DNA of 64,000 bases from an uncultured Nitrososphaerales archaeon (GCA_963713605.1 CAVQMO010000001.1:288001-352000), one strand, 5' to 3'. Shown: positions 30,875-41,651, counted from the first letter of the stretch. Notes: generated from the letters alone by a model not told the origin. A program made the numbers and translations.

Positions 30875-33769
30875 GTGCTTAGTAAAACAAATTCATTTCA
30901 AACGTACGTACTAATAGCACTAACACTGGGAGCATTAGGGCTCCAAGTAGTGCCTTTAAACCAAATACATGCAACAGTGGCTGGATTGGCAGCCGCAGCC
31001 GCAGCTGCGAGCAGCTGGTGACGCAGCAGCTGCCGCAGCAGCAGCCGCTGGAGGCTCAGCTGCAGCTGCAGCCGCTGCAGGCAGTGGCAGCTGCAGCAGC
31101 AGCATCATCTGCAGGAGGAGGTGCAGCAGCAGCCGCAGCAGCAGGCAGTGGCAGCAGCAGCAGCAGCCGCCACCTCTGGTGGTTCAGCAGCAGCAGCAGC
31201 CGCAGCAGGCAGTGCAGCCGCAGCAGCAGCCGCTGGAGGTTCAGCAGCAGCAGCAGCCGCAGCAGGCGGTGCAGCCGCAGCAGCAGCCGCTTCTGGAGGA
31301 GAAGCCGCCTCGGCAGCAGCCGCGAGCAGCAGCGGCTGATAACGGCGCAGCAGCAGCCGCAGCGCAGCTGCGGGTGCAGGCGCTGCATCGGGCGCAGCAG
31401 CAGGCGCAGCCGGCAGCAGCAGCCGCTGCAGCGGCAGCAGCTTCAGGTGTCTCAGGAGCAGCAGCAGCAGCCGCAGGCAGTGCAGCAGCAGCAGCCGCAG
31501 CAACTGGAGGTGGTGCAGCAGCAGCTGCGGCAGCAGGAAACGCAGCGCGCAGCAGCAGCAGCAGCCGCAGGTGGCGGTGGTGCAGCAGCAGGTGCAGCAG
31601 CCGGTGGTGGTGGCAGCAGCAGCAGCCGCAGCAGCCAGTCAGGCAGCAGCCGCAGCCGCAGCCGCAGCTGGCGGTTCAGCCGCAGCAGCAGCCGCAGCAG
31701 GAGCAGCAGCAGCCGCAGCCGCAGCCGGTGGTGGTGCAGCAGCCGCAGCCGCAGCTGGTGGTGGTGCAGCAGCAGCAGCAGCCGCAGCTGGTGGTGGTGG
31801 CAGCAGCCGGCAGCAGCCGGTGGCGGTGGTGCAGCAGCCGCAGCAGCCAGTCAGGGCAGCAGCAGCAGCCGCAGCTGCAGCTGGCGGTTCAGCAGCCGCA
31901 GCAGCCGCAGCAGCCGGTGGTGGTGCAGCGGGCGCGGCAGCCGCGGCAGCAGGTGCAGCAGCAGCAGCTGCAGCAGCAAGCTCAGGGCTTAGTGGGGCAG
32001 CCGCAGCAGCAGCAGCAGGTGGTGCAGCCGCAGCAGCAGCAGCATCAGCCGGTGGTGCAGCCGCAGCAGCAGCAGCATCAGCTGGTGGTGGTGCAGCCGC
32101 AGCAGCAGCAGGAGCGGGCAGTGCAGCAGCAGCAGCCGCAAGTGGCGGTGGTGCAGCCGCCGCAGCAGCAGCAGGTAGCGCGGCAGGTGCAGCAGCAGCA
32201 GCCGCTGCCTCAGGTGGCGGTGGCGCAGCCGCAGCCGCAGCCGCAGCTGGGCAGGGAGCAGCCGCAGCCGCAGCATCAGCCGGTGGCTCAGCAGCAGCAG
32301 CAGCAGCAGCAGGTGCAGCAGCATCAGCTGCAGCAGCAGGTAGTTCAGCCGCAGCTGCAGCCGCAGGTAGTGGCGCAGCCGCAGCCGGCAGCAGCAGCGG
32401 GTGGTGGTGCAGCAGCGGCAGCTGCAGCAGCTGGTAATGCAGCGGCAGCAGCAGCCGCCGCCGGTGGTGGTGGTGGTGGTGGCAGCAGCAGCAGCAGCTG
32501 CGAGCATCCGGAGGTGGCGCAGAGCAGGTGCAGCAGCAGGTAATGCAGCAGCAGCAGCCGCAGCAGCCGGAGGTGGCGCAGCAGCATCAGCCGCAGCTGC
32601 ATCAGCAGCCGCAGCAGCAGCCTCTTCTGCAGCAAGTGATGCGAGCAGCAGCCGCCGCAGCAGCAGCAGCAGCCGGTGAAGATCAGCAGCAGCAGCAGCA
32701 GCAGCAGCAGGTACGGCAGCGCAGCAGCAGCAGCAGCCGGTGAAGCAGCTGCAGCAGCAGCAGCAGCCGGTGAAGATCCAGCAGCAGCAGCAGCCGCAGC
32801 AGCTGCAGAAAATGGAGGCTCAGCCGCAGCCGCAGCAGCAGCAGGTAGGGCAGCAGGAGCAGCAGCAGCCGCCGGTGAAGCAGCTGGTGCGGATCCAGCA
32901 GCAGCTGCAGCAGCTGCAGCAGCAGCAGGAGCAGCAGCAGCCGGTGGTGCAGAACCTCAGCAAGCAATAGAAGCCGGTGCTGCTGGGGCCGCTGGAGTTG
33001 AGAATCAGAATCTTGCAGCTCCAGAAGGTGAAGCTCCTCCAGAAGATGGTGCAGCTCAATTAGCCGCCCCTGAAGGTGCAGTTCCTCCTGGTGGCGCAGC
33101 TCCTCCTGGTGGCGAAGCTCCTCCTGGTGGCGAAGCTCCTCCTGGTGGCGAAGCTCCTCCTGGTGGTGAAGCTCCTCCAGAAGATGGTGCAAGCTCCTCC
33201 AGGTGGTGCAGCTCGCTCCAGAAGGTGATGAAGCTCCTCCAGGTGGTGAAGCTCCTCCAGAAGATGGTGCAGCTCCAGAAGGTGCAGCTCCAGAAGGTGC
33301 AGCTCCAGAAGGTGCAGCTCCAGAAGGTGCAGCTCCAGAAGGTGCAGCTCCAGAAGGTGCAGCTCCAGAAGGTGGTGATGCACCTCCAGAAGATGGTGGC
33401 GCAGCTCAATTAGCCGCTCCACGAGGTGCAGCACCTCCTGAAGGTGTAATTTGTAACCCTGACATACCAATATTCAATCCGGAAACAGGTCAATGCGAAG
33501 CCGCCCCCCAACCCGAAGCAGCCCCAGAGTGTAACCCTCCTGAAGTACTAAATCCAAATACAAATCAATGCGAAGCTCCACCAGCTGACGTAGCTCCACC
33601 AGCTGACGTAGCTCCACCAGCTGACGAAGCTCCACCAGCTGACGAAGCTCCACCAGCTGACGAAGCTCCACCAGCTGACGAAGCTCCACCAGCTGACGAA
33701 GCTCCACCAGCTGACGAAGGTCAGGACGGAGGCAACGGCGACGACGGTAACGGAGACGAAAACAACTAG
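30875..33769 (+). CDS. secreted poly-Ala/Gly silk-like repetitive protein (~960 aa after correcting several frameshifts)
   Basis: GTG start gives MLSKTNSFQTYVLIALTLGALGLQVVPLNQIHA-TVAGLAAAAAAA (signal peptide); GCN codons vary at the third position; acidic Pro-rich C-terminus ends at TAG 33769. Confidence 0.8.
30988..32950 (+). repeat. imperfect (GCA/GCC)n-GGT low-complexity array encoding poly-Ala blocks with Gly linkers
   Basis: directly visible; strongly GC-rich relative to the flanks. Confidence 0.95.
33269..33373 (+). repeat. 7 x 15-bp tandem repeat GCAGCTCCAGAAGGT (AAPEG)
   Basis: counted in sequence. Confidence 0.9.
33575..33718 (+). repeat. 8 x 18-bp tandem repeat GCTCCACCAGCTGACG(T/A)A (APPADV x2, APPADE x6)
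   Basis: counted in sequence. Confidence 0.92.
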
Positions 33770-33775
33770 GGTAAC

Positions 33776-33801
33776 TAGAGAAAATTTTTCTCTTTTTTTT
33801 A
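33776..33801 (+). terminator. putative terminator (short hairpin plus oligo-T)
   Basis: AGAGAAAA/TTTTCTCT followed by a T run immediately after the stop. Confidence 0.6.
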
Positions 33802-34014
33802 TCCTCTAAGTAAGGGTCATTATTCTAACCGCTTTTTTTTGCATTAGACTTGACGTTTATTACCCAGAAATTTAGCCTGATGCAGCTAATATTGTATTGA
33901 TTGATTGATAATATTACACGATTAGCACTGAATGGCTGTTGCACCTAGCGAACCAACAACTTTTTCGATTATGTGATCAAAGTCTGACCTAAATTCCAAT
34001 CTTTATAACACGTC

Positions 34015-34395
34015 ATGAATACTATCCGTACGTTGATTAGAATTACACATTCTCCTATTGAACAAATAATAATACATGAGATGGTCGAATACTCACTTTC
34101 CGATTTTGTGAAGCATATGACCCTTGGTGTTGCGCCTGAAGGAACAGCAAGTTTGGTCAAATGGTGTGACGGGATAGTTTTTGCACACGTTGCCTTGCCG
34201 TCTACCGCAGACGTGGTGAAGGACCAGATGAACGGTATAGTTCATTGGGCATGGCTTTCATATGCTGAAATGAATTCATTCAAAGATGTCTTGGAATCTC
34301 CGCATAAAGCAAGAATTCCTCTAATAGATGTAAGTAACAATGACTTGAATAAGGAACTCGTTCGCTGGTTAAAAAAGAAGAGAATTGGGAGATGA
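34015..34395 (+). CDS. conserved archaeal hypothetical protein
   Basis: IIIHE, WCDGIVF, IP.IDVS.N pattern. Confidence 0.75.
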   Translation: MNTIRTLIRITHSPIEQIIIHEMVEYSLSDFVKHMTLGVAPEGTASLVKWCDGIVFAHVALPSTADVVKDQMNGIVHWAWLSYAEMNSFKDVLESPHKARIPLIDVSNNDLNKELVRWLKKKRIGR

Positions 34396-34590
34396 CGTGC
34401 CTTGTGAGTTGACATGCCTTTGAACGTTAAACCTTTTGTTTGACTTATACATATCAAATGGACAGAGCCAACCATATGTCTGTCTAACCTTGACTTTATT
34501 CTGATGAATTGGAACGACAGTTCCAGAGGGGAAATGTTGATGCGATCCGATAGGTGGGTGACTTGAGATGAATTTGCCTGTTGTTGCCAC
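34369..34590 (-). CDS. possible small protein with degenerate C2H2-like finger
   Basis: WLCPFD.YKS.KRFNVQRH resembles the finger in 56290-56607. Confidence 0.35.
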   Translation of the reverse strand: MATTGKFISSHPPIGSHQHFPSGTVVPIHQNKVKVRQTYGWLCPFDMYKSNKRFNVQRHVNSQGTSSPNSLLF

Positions 34591-35002
34591 ATAGTTTTTG
34601 GCTCATTTCACTCTTAAAACGTTTTAATTGGTTAAATGGATTATACGTAGGTGATCCTTGATTCGAATTTTAGGTTTGCTAGCCCTATTTCCTCCCAACT
34701 AGCTAAGGTGGAAGACTTCGTTGAACCAGTCAAGCTGGAACTGAAGTAAGATTCAAAGCAGTAGTCTGGTGGCATTATTGATGCTCCGATTCTAATCTCC
34801 CCTCTTGCAACGAAATTGTAAATGCCGTTGTAAAATAACAATAATAATAATTGTAACAAGTTTTTGCTATAATGATAAATCGTAATTAGGCTATTTCTCC
34901 TTCTTGTGCCATTAGAACCAATTACAACTCAATAGTAGTAATTTTCTCATAACAAAGACTCAAATCGCTTAAAGCACACATAGACGTACGCCTAGATCAA
35001 GA

Positions 35003-35191
35003 TTGGCACGTAGAGTGATAATCACGAAAGATAATATTTCTAATAGAATCTTAAGTATAATAAATACGAGACAGAATGGCATGTGTTGTTTTTGCGAACA
35101 AAAAATTGTTAGTGACGACGTGCTAGTTAGCACTGGGATTCCCCGTAGTTACTATCATATTGATTGTGCAAGAAGACTGCACATAATCTAG
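35003..35191 (+). CDS. small Zn-finger protein (CxxC...HxxC)
   Basis: CCFC...YYHIDCA. Confidence 0.7.
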   Translation: MARRVIITKDNISNRILSIINTRQNGMCCFCEQKIVSDDVLVSTGIPRSYYHIDCARRLHII

Positions 35192-35248
35192 CATCATAAT
35201 CTACGAATTGAAATTGTTTGTGCGAAATTAATATGAGGATAAAGGATT

Positions 35249-35986
35249 TCATAAATTCGCGCTCCCGGCATCTACCCAGTTTGATGCACCAAAGCTCTCT
35301 CGAGTTGTACGAATCATCGACATATTGTAATCAAAGATTATTTTGGAGTAATTTTCTAATACTTCTTTGATTGATTCTAGGTTCTTGGCGGTATAAAAGC
35401 CCGGACAGTCTCCCGTTAATTGAAATGAAGCGTGGACTTGCGGTCTACCTTTATAGATTTGAATCCATGACGAAAATGGGTACAGCCAGCATACGCCTGG
35501 TTTGTCTGGATGCAAAGAACAAGATCCCGTCTCAGAAAGAAATCTGCACCGACATGGAAGTCCAGTGTCAGATTCATCTTCATGATCCTTTCTTTTCAGC
35601 GATAGCATAGTAATAGTTGTAATCAAGCCCCCCATCGAATTGTCATCACGGGTTGAGATTATTGTGTCATGTTTCACAAATTCAGATGGCCTATCATAAC
35701 CTAGTTTTGAGGAAATATGAATAATATCGTCTTTGGTCAGTGGCAGGCTGGCTTGATGTTCGCAACAATTATGGCAGTCAGGCCACAGACATTTCCAAAG
35801 TAAATACAAGGCGTCACGTTCCAAAAATGGAATATGGAATACGACATCATTTACTTGAATCACGGTATCCTTAACGTCATCCCTTTTCCCTAGGTGCAAA
35901 TCATGAACAGGAGGCTCTATATTCCACCTTTTACCTAATTCTTCAAGGGCTTTCTCTACGTACGATTCACGGGAATTGATGTTCAA
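35249..35986 (-). CDS. YkgJ family cysteine-cluster protein
   Basis: C..PDCHNCC, CRFL...GSCSLHPDKPGVCWLYPF. Confidence 0.9.
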   Translation of the reverse strand: MNINSRESYVEKALEELGKRWNIEPPVHDLHLGKRDDVKDTVIQVNDVVFHIPFLERDALYLLWKCLWPDCHNCCEHQASLPLTKDDIIHISSKLGYDRPSEFVKHDTIISTRDDNSMGGLITTITMLSLKRKDHEDESDTGLPCRCRFLSETGSCSLHPDKPGVCWLYPFSSWIQIYKGRPQVHASFQLTGDCPGFYTAKNLESIKEVLENYSKIIFDYNMSMIRTTRESFGASNWVDAGSANL

Positions 35987-36110
35987 TCCATTCGCCTAAT
36001 TCTAGTAATCAATTCTTGCTCAATTCCCTCCACATCAGCTTATAATACCTAATATGTTGCTGAATATTCATTATTTCAAATCCATGTAGAATACTAATGA
36101 CTAGAAATTT

Positions 36111-37394
36111 TCAAAGAATTGTTCCTCTGGAAAAGAATACTTCATGGTTCCCGGGAGTAAGATCCTCCCAGGTTGCAAACACCGTATCTTCTACTGTAAT
36201 AATTGAAGGACATTCAGAAATATCTCCATTGTTACTCAGATTCGTAACACCACTAAATGACTCACCACTGTCAGTACTTGATGCAAAGAAAATCTCATCT
36301 TTATCTGAGGTATCCGTTCTGTCTTGCCATGCTATGAATACTCTGTTATTCTGATCAGCCATAATATCGACATTCGAAGGTTCATATAGTCTGCCCTGTT
36401 CAGTTTCGCTTATCTTCTTGGTTTCAGAAAATGTTTTTCCATAGTCATCACTTTTAATAAGACTTATGCTCCTTAGTTTGTTAGTATCCAATCCCCCCCA
36501 AATCACGTAAATCTGGTTCCCAGAACTAGCAACCTGAGGCTCACCAAAATCTTTCTCTTCCATATTTAGTTTCGACATGTTACCAAATGTCATGCCCTTA
36601 TCAAAGCTAGAAATAAAGTAAACACCACTTTTTGTGTTCGGCTGATCCTCTCCATCGACATTCCAGGTGACATAAACATGACTATCAAAAGCAGATATTT
36701 TTGGGAACGTTTGAGCCATTGCGTTTTCACTCAATACTATTGGTTTGTGAAAAGTATTTCCGCCATCGTTGCTGGAGGCTAGCATTATGCGATAGGGCCC
36801 ATAAGGAATCTTTTCCAACCAGACTATATACACATTATCCCCAAAACTTGAGATCTCCTGGTTGAATGCATTCGAATTACTGTCACTAAGTAACACCTGC
36901 TCTCCAAAAGAATTTCCTCCATTATTGCTCTTCTTGAAATAAATTTGCTTATTGACATTTGTGTCATCTGCCCATACAACGTAGACGTTCTTATTTTCTG
37001 ATGCCATTTGAGGATGCTCTGAAAAACCAATATTATCGCTTAGCCGAATTTTTTCTCCAAAGGAATTTCCCTCGTCACTGCTCTTCTTGAAAAAAATTTC
37101 ATAGTTCCTATTTGTGTTACCAGGTACCGATTCTTGCCATACGACATAAGTATTATTGTCAGAGCTTCTTACCTGGCCATACACTGAATCTTCAGTATTA
37201 TTCGAAATATTCATGGTGTCATCGAATTCTATCTGAAGGCTATGATTAATGAGATCCGTTACTTCCGCTACGCCATCATTCGAAGCTCTCAAGTCCAACG
37301 GATGAGTCAGAGAGTAAATCAGACCGACGGAAGATATCACAATGCCTAAAGCAAGTAGAAAAATCTTGTTCTTTTCATTCCACATATACATCAA
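36111..37394 (-). CDS. membrane-anchored BNR/Asp-box (sialidase-like) beta-propeller protein
   Basis: N-terminal TM; repeated VYVVW...FK.S.DGG.SF units. Confidence 0.9.
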   Translation of the reverse strand: MMYMWNEKNKIFLLALGIVISSVGLIYSLTHPLDLRASNDGVAEVTDLINHSLQIEFDDTMNISNNTEDSVYGQVRSSDNNTYVVWQESVPGNTNRNYEIFFKKSSDEGNSFGEKIRLSDNIGFSEHPQMASENKNVYVVWADDTNVNKQIYFKKSNNGGNSFGEQVLLSDSNSNAFNQEISSFGDNVYIVWLEKIPYGPYRIMLASSNDGGNTFHKPIVLSENAMAQTFPKISAFDSHVYVTWNVDGEDQPNTKSGVYFISSFDKGMTFGNMSKLNMEEKDFGEPQVASSGNQIYVIWGGLDTNKLRSISLIKSDDYGKTFSETKKISETEQGRLYEPSNVDIMADQNNRVFIAWQDRTDTSDKDEIFFASSTDSGESFSGVTNLSNNGDISECPSIITVEDTVFATWEDLTPGNHEVFFSRGTIL

Positions 37395-37603
37395 ATACAG
37401 AGAATATATCCCAATGCCTTATAATTGTATTAGAAACGAAGAAGTGATTACCTTTCCAATGCTATTCCTATTAACCGAAGCTTGTATGCATAAGTCGGTT
37501 AGGGGGGGATTAACTAGATCTTCTACTCGTCGCTCATGCCATGGGTGAGCTTTGAATAATCGGCTACAGAATTTCTAGACCTGCACTTAAGTTGCGTATG
37601 AGA

Positions 37604-38327
37604 CTATTTGGCACGAGTTCCGGACCAGACGAGCGAATGAAACCTAATTGATAATCTGTAACCATTCTTCAGACAGATTTCTGCCAACCATTTGGATTTT
37701 TCCACAATCTCTGCAGCAGAATTTCCCTCAGGCATCAGAATTATTCTTTGCCTCTTCAGCATTATATTTTCCGATCAGAGTCTCTACTTCTGATATGTCT
37801 GAACGATTGCATATAACAAATTTCATGTACGCCTTAGAATTCTTGGCAAAATATTCTAAACAGGTTTGACTTCTCTGTGTTTTTCGAAATCGAAGAATTC
37901 TGAAGTTTTGGTGAAACGTTCCACCGGTCGACAAATCTTTCTACCATGTCTGAGGGAAGAATAGTACCATTCGTTTCAACCTCGATGAAATAGTCATTGC
38001 TCTTCAAATTGGAAAGTAATGGAACGAGTTTCATTTGTTGTATGAGAGGTTCGCCGCCGGTGATTACACAATGCTTCGTGTCGAACCCTGATATTTGTTC
38101 CTGAATCTCAGGTTATAGTCATTTCTGAAACTTCTCTATCATAATCGTAATGATTCCAGTCCCATGTGTATTTCGTGTCACACCATACGCATGATAGATT
38201 ACATAACGCAGTTCGTATGAAAACTGCTGGCTTTCCCACATCAATCCCCTCTCCCTGTAATGAATAGAATATTTCACTAAGCTTGAGAGTCTCTATCTCG
38301 GATGATAGCAGGTCGGGATATTCTCAT
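37604..38327 (-). CDS. queE: 7-carboxy-7-deazaguanine synthase QueE (radical SAM), multiple frameshifts; N-terminus missing from the ORF track
   Basis: manual translation: SEIFYSLQGEG..GKPAVFIRTALCNLSCVWCDTKYTW, ITGGEPL, VETNGT, VSPKL, MPEG, R.H...W. Confidence 0.9.
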
Positions 38328-38878
38328 AACTTTATCCAATCACTCCTCCAACCAGATGTTAAAATTATCTTCTTAATATCTGTTGGAGAATTTGTTGCGT
38401 TATTTAATTACCCTACTAGCAAATCCCATACAGTTTAAGAAATCGTTGGGGAAATATATAATTTCGGCATGATGATCACAAGGATCGGATCCTTGCCCAG
38501 GCCCGGGGAGATATTTCACGTGCTAAGGGCCAATTAGCAACAAGCTTTACAAAATCACCTTGTGAATATTAATATGTGACTGGAATGGCCATATTTTAGT
38601 GTAGAGACACCTATCCACAAATCTTATTGTTTAGTTATAAAAAAAACGAGCAAATGGAGATTAGGTCTGCTATTCATCAGTATGGGCAGTTTTGCACTGT
38701 AAAATAGAATGATGTCAAATTAGCTTACTGTAAGCATTCTTATAAGCGGTAAAGAATACAATTGCTACCATCGGATGAACACATTCAATTGTTGAACCTA
38801 CAGACAAACAACTGTGCATCTTTTACCGCAAACAAGGGGTTTTTAGTATGATTGAGTTGATAGTAGTCCCATTTCTCA

Positions 38879-39220
38879 TCAAAAGGGAAATGTAAATGTC
38901 ACTTTTTCCAATTCTAGGATTGGAACATATAAGGAAAGAGTATCGGTCCCTAGCGCATCAACGTAGACAAATTCCCCTGTCAGTCTCTTTAGTTCTATGA
39001 ATTTCTTTTCTGGTTTGCTGGACTGTACAACATAGTGTACTATAGAAGTACCAATTGCTCCAGTTTGAATAAATAAAATTTCTCTATTTTCATGTTGTAA
39101 ATGATATAACATAGGAGTCAAACCCAGTGCAGACTGAGATGAATAAACTATAACTTTTAACATATCTTCCAAAGATTTGTATTTGAGATATACTGCATCG
39201 TTATGGTCGCTTTCTGTCAT
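38879..39220 (-). CDS. conserved hypothetical protein
   Basis: 113 aa ORF, Y.SLEDMLK...VPILELE. Confidence 0.75.
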   Translation of the reverse strand: MTESDHNDAVYLKYKSLEDMLKVIVYSSQSALGLTPMLYHLQHENREILFIQTGAIGTSIVHYVVQSSKPEKKFIELKRLTGEFVYVDALGTDTLSLYVPILELEKVTFTFPF

Positions 39221-39290
39221 ATTAGATAGAAGGTTAGAATATTTCTTGGTATTTTATCTTTCCTTTAATTCGCTTACTCTAAGCTAATCC

Positions 39291-39308
39291 CTAGTCACTA
39301 GTGACTAG
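39291..39308. promoter_or_regulatory. perfect 18-bp palindrome CTAGTCACTAGTGACTAG, possible operator
   Basis: self-complementary, intergenic, ~70 bp upstream of the 39220 start. Confidence 0.4.
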
Positions 39309-39493
39309 TCCCTAGTTCTTGAATTGATTCTGTTCAAATAAGGCTCCACAAAAGCACGGAATAGAGCGAAATGTAGAAAAATGATAAAGTCCTCAGTCAA
39401 TCAAACAGGATGAAATAAACTTGTTTTCATCGAAAAAAGTTTAAAAAAGGGTTGAGATAAAAATTATAATGAGTTTTGTATCCCCAAACTCCT

Positions 39494-39974
39494 TTATTGT
39501 TTTGAAAAGAATTGCTTTTGCTGTTGTTGGGACACATTATAATATGTATTCCAGGCCTTTGCGATATTCGTATTATATTCAGTTATCGTATCTACAGTCC
39601 TATTGTATACCTTAAGATTCTCTCTGCGGCATCAATAGCATTTATGGTCAATTGATTGTTGATATCTATTGCTTTTATTGTGTTGTTTGTGAAGTCAGAT
39701 GTCTGTCTTGCCATTTGATCCGATACGACTCAGAGCTTGGAAAAGTGTTCCAGGTTTCACCTACATACTGCTTTTGAACAGCAAATGTAGTGTGTATTAA
39801 ATTCTTCACCGTCTGGATATAATCAAGCTGCAGGTTTGATATTGACTGTGAATATTGGGGTTGAGCCTTAGCAACTTCGTCAATAGCCCTCATAAAACTG
39901 TCTCGAACAGTTTCGTATGGTGTGTTCACTTCTGTCGTCTTTACGTTACCACTTGCTGATTCTTTATCTACCAT
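39494..39974 (-). CDS. Gln/Asn-rich helical protein, possibly phasin-like (frameshifted)
   Basis: MVDKESASG...QPQYSQSISNLQ..YIQ; continues in other frames to ...AKAWNTYYNVSQQQQKQFFSKQ*. Confidence 0.6.
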
Positions 39975-40169
39975 TTTGCAACTAAATATCATTATGCTAT
40001 CTCTTATATATAGCTTGGCAATAGATGGTATTAATTGGCAAATAGATCCATCGTCTAGCGTTAGGAAGTAAGCACAAGACCGAACAATTCTGAATTCTAC
40101 CGTCGTACAGCCTATTACTAATAAATCATAGGTCATCAAATAATCTTAGGCAATTTAATGACTACACGA

Positions 40170-40725
40170 CTAATTGCTTTTTTCTTCTGATTTGGAAATT
40201 ACATAGAATCCGTGTGCTGAGATAAGAAAGGCAGCAAAAGACATCTTTGTCGCAAAAACCAGATTCCAAGGAGTCTCCGGATTGGGGTACGGTACATTGA
40301 TGTCATCTAGTCTTAGCAATCCATTGGTCATATCAACTGTAATAAATGAATTCCAAACGACAAAGTTGTAGATGAATTCGTATAATGCTGTAATCGCAAT
40401 GGCAAGTATAATGAGCTGAAAAAGAGCCTTCCATGATTTTGGTAATTTTTTTGCCTGATGCTCCACCTATCTTAGTGACACAATACCAACCTACAACAGT
40501 AACTATCATAAGATAGGTAACCAATTTCGCCAAACCAGTCATCGGAAATTCAGTATCCACTAATACCTCTCCGATAACAATTTTCCCCGTGCTCAAATAT
40601 TCAGCTATGCTCAGAACCAGTGCATAAGTAAAGATGATTAACATGGTCGCAGCGCAGAAGTAAAAGGTATAAAGATAAATCTTCCTTGCTCTCAATTCAT
40701 CCTTTCTGAGACTTGGGTTCTGCAT
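40170..40725 (-). CDS. four-TM membrane protein (frameshift near 40455)
   Basis: two overlapping hydrophobic ORFs; YEFIYNF, PWNLVFATK. Confidence 0.7.
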
Positions 40726-41011
40726 CTTATGACAGTCTTTGATAATAATTAACGCTTTATATAATCTATATTTTGGTCGCGATTCTCTTCAATTAGAAAT
40801 TCCATTGAAGCGAAATCGAATCATTACTCTACTAATACTCCAATACCCTATAGAAGTGGACTTCCAGTATTGAGATTCAAATGAGTTGCTACCTAACCGT
40901 TTGACTTGATTTTGCAATTAGCAGGCTAATCAGATAGATATAAAATATGAACACATATAACCTGAAAAACTCTTATAGTCATTCGCGGATCGATTCCATA
41001 GACAAGGGCAG

Positions 41012-41548
41012 ATGGTAAGTAAGGGGAACAGACCAGACTGGGATGTATATTTTATGCTTCAAGCGGAAATAGCTAAACTCCGTTCAAATTGTTTAACAAG
41101 ACAAGTGGGATGTGTCATAGTTCGTGAGAATAGACAGATCGCGACCGGATACAACGGTACACCTTCAGGGATCAAGAACTGTTTCGAAGGAGGATGTTTG
41201 AGATGTTTGGACCGTGCGAGAGGTAAAATTGAGTCAGGAGCAGATCTCGAAAGATGTCTGTGTATGCATGCAGAGGCTAACGCTATGCTTCAATGTGCTG
41301 TTTTTGGTAATACAGGTAGTACCAGGGGTTCCACGTTATATTCGACTTATGCCCCTTGTCTAGAGTGTAGCAAGATGGCAGTAAGTGTAGGAATAGCCAA
41401 AGTGGTATCGTTAGCCTCTTACCCTGAAGATGGGTCAGTTCTTTTGGCAAAGCGTAACGTAAGCGTAACAAGAATAGACAGGTTTGAATTAGAACGATGG
41501 CTATCAACTGTGGGGATGGACGCAGCCACAATGAAGAAAAGAAGTTGA
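41012..41548 (+). CDS. dCMP deaminase family protein
   Basis: RPDWDVYF, TGYNG, HAEANA, PCLEC. Confidence 0.93.
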   Translation: MVSKGNRPDWDVYFMLQAEIAKLRSNCLTRQVGCVIVRENRQIATGYNGTPSGIKNCFEGGCLRCLDRARGKIESGADLERCLCMHAEANAMLQCAVFGNTGSTRGSTLYSTYAPCLECSKMAVSVGIAKVVSLASYPEDGSVLLAKRNVSVTRIDRFELERWLSTVGMDAATMKKRS

Positions 41549-41651
41549 TTATCTAAAGTCAGACATAGTGAGTTACTAGATGGTCTCCCTTAGAAAGAAT
41601 TGAAGTCAGCCAATTTGTTTCTGTCGAAAATTTGATTTGTTCAAGGACGCT

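Noticed and set aside
30969..32543. 524-aa poly-glutamine ORF and related poly-Ser, poly-Leu and poly-Cys ORFs on both strands
   Set aside because: These are shadow frames of the GCN array. Synonymous variation and the signal peptide fit the Ala frame.
33269..33718. Regular 15- and 18-bp repeats as a possible CRISPR array
   Set aside because: They are head-to-tail with no unique spacers, their lengths are multiples of 3, they are coding, and there are no cas genes.
38330..38870. Riboswitch or ncRNA upstream of queE (GC-rich patch near 38485-38532)
   Set aside because: Only a weak, mismatched hairpin and no recognisable consensus.
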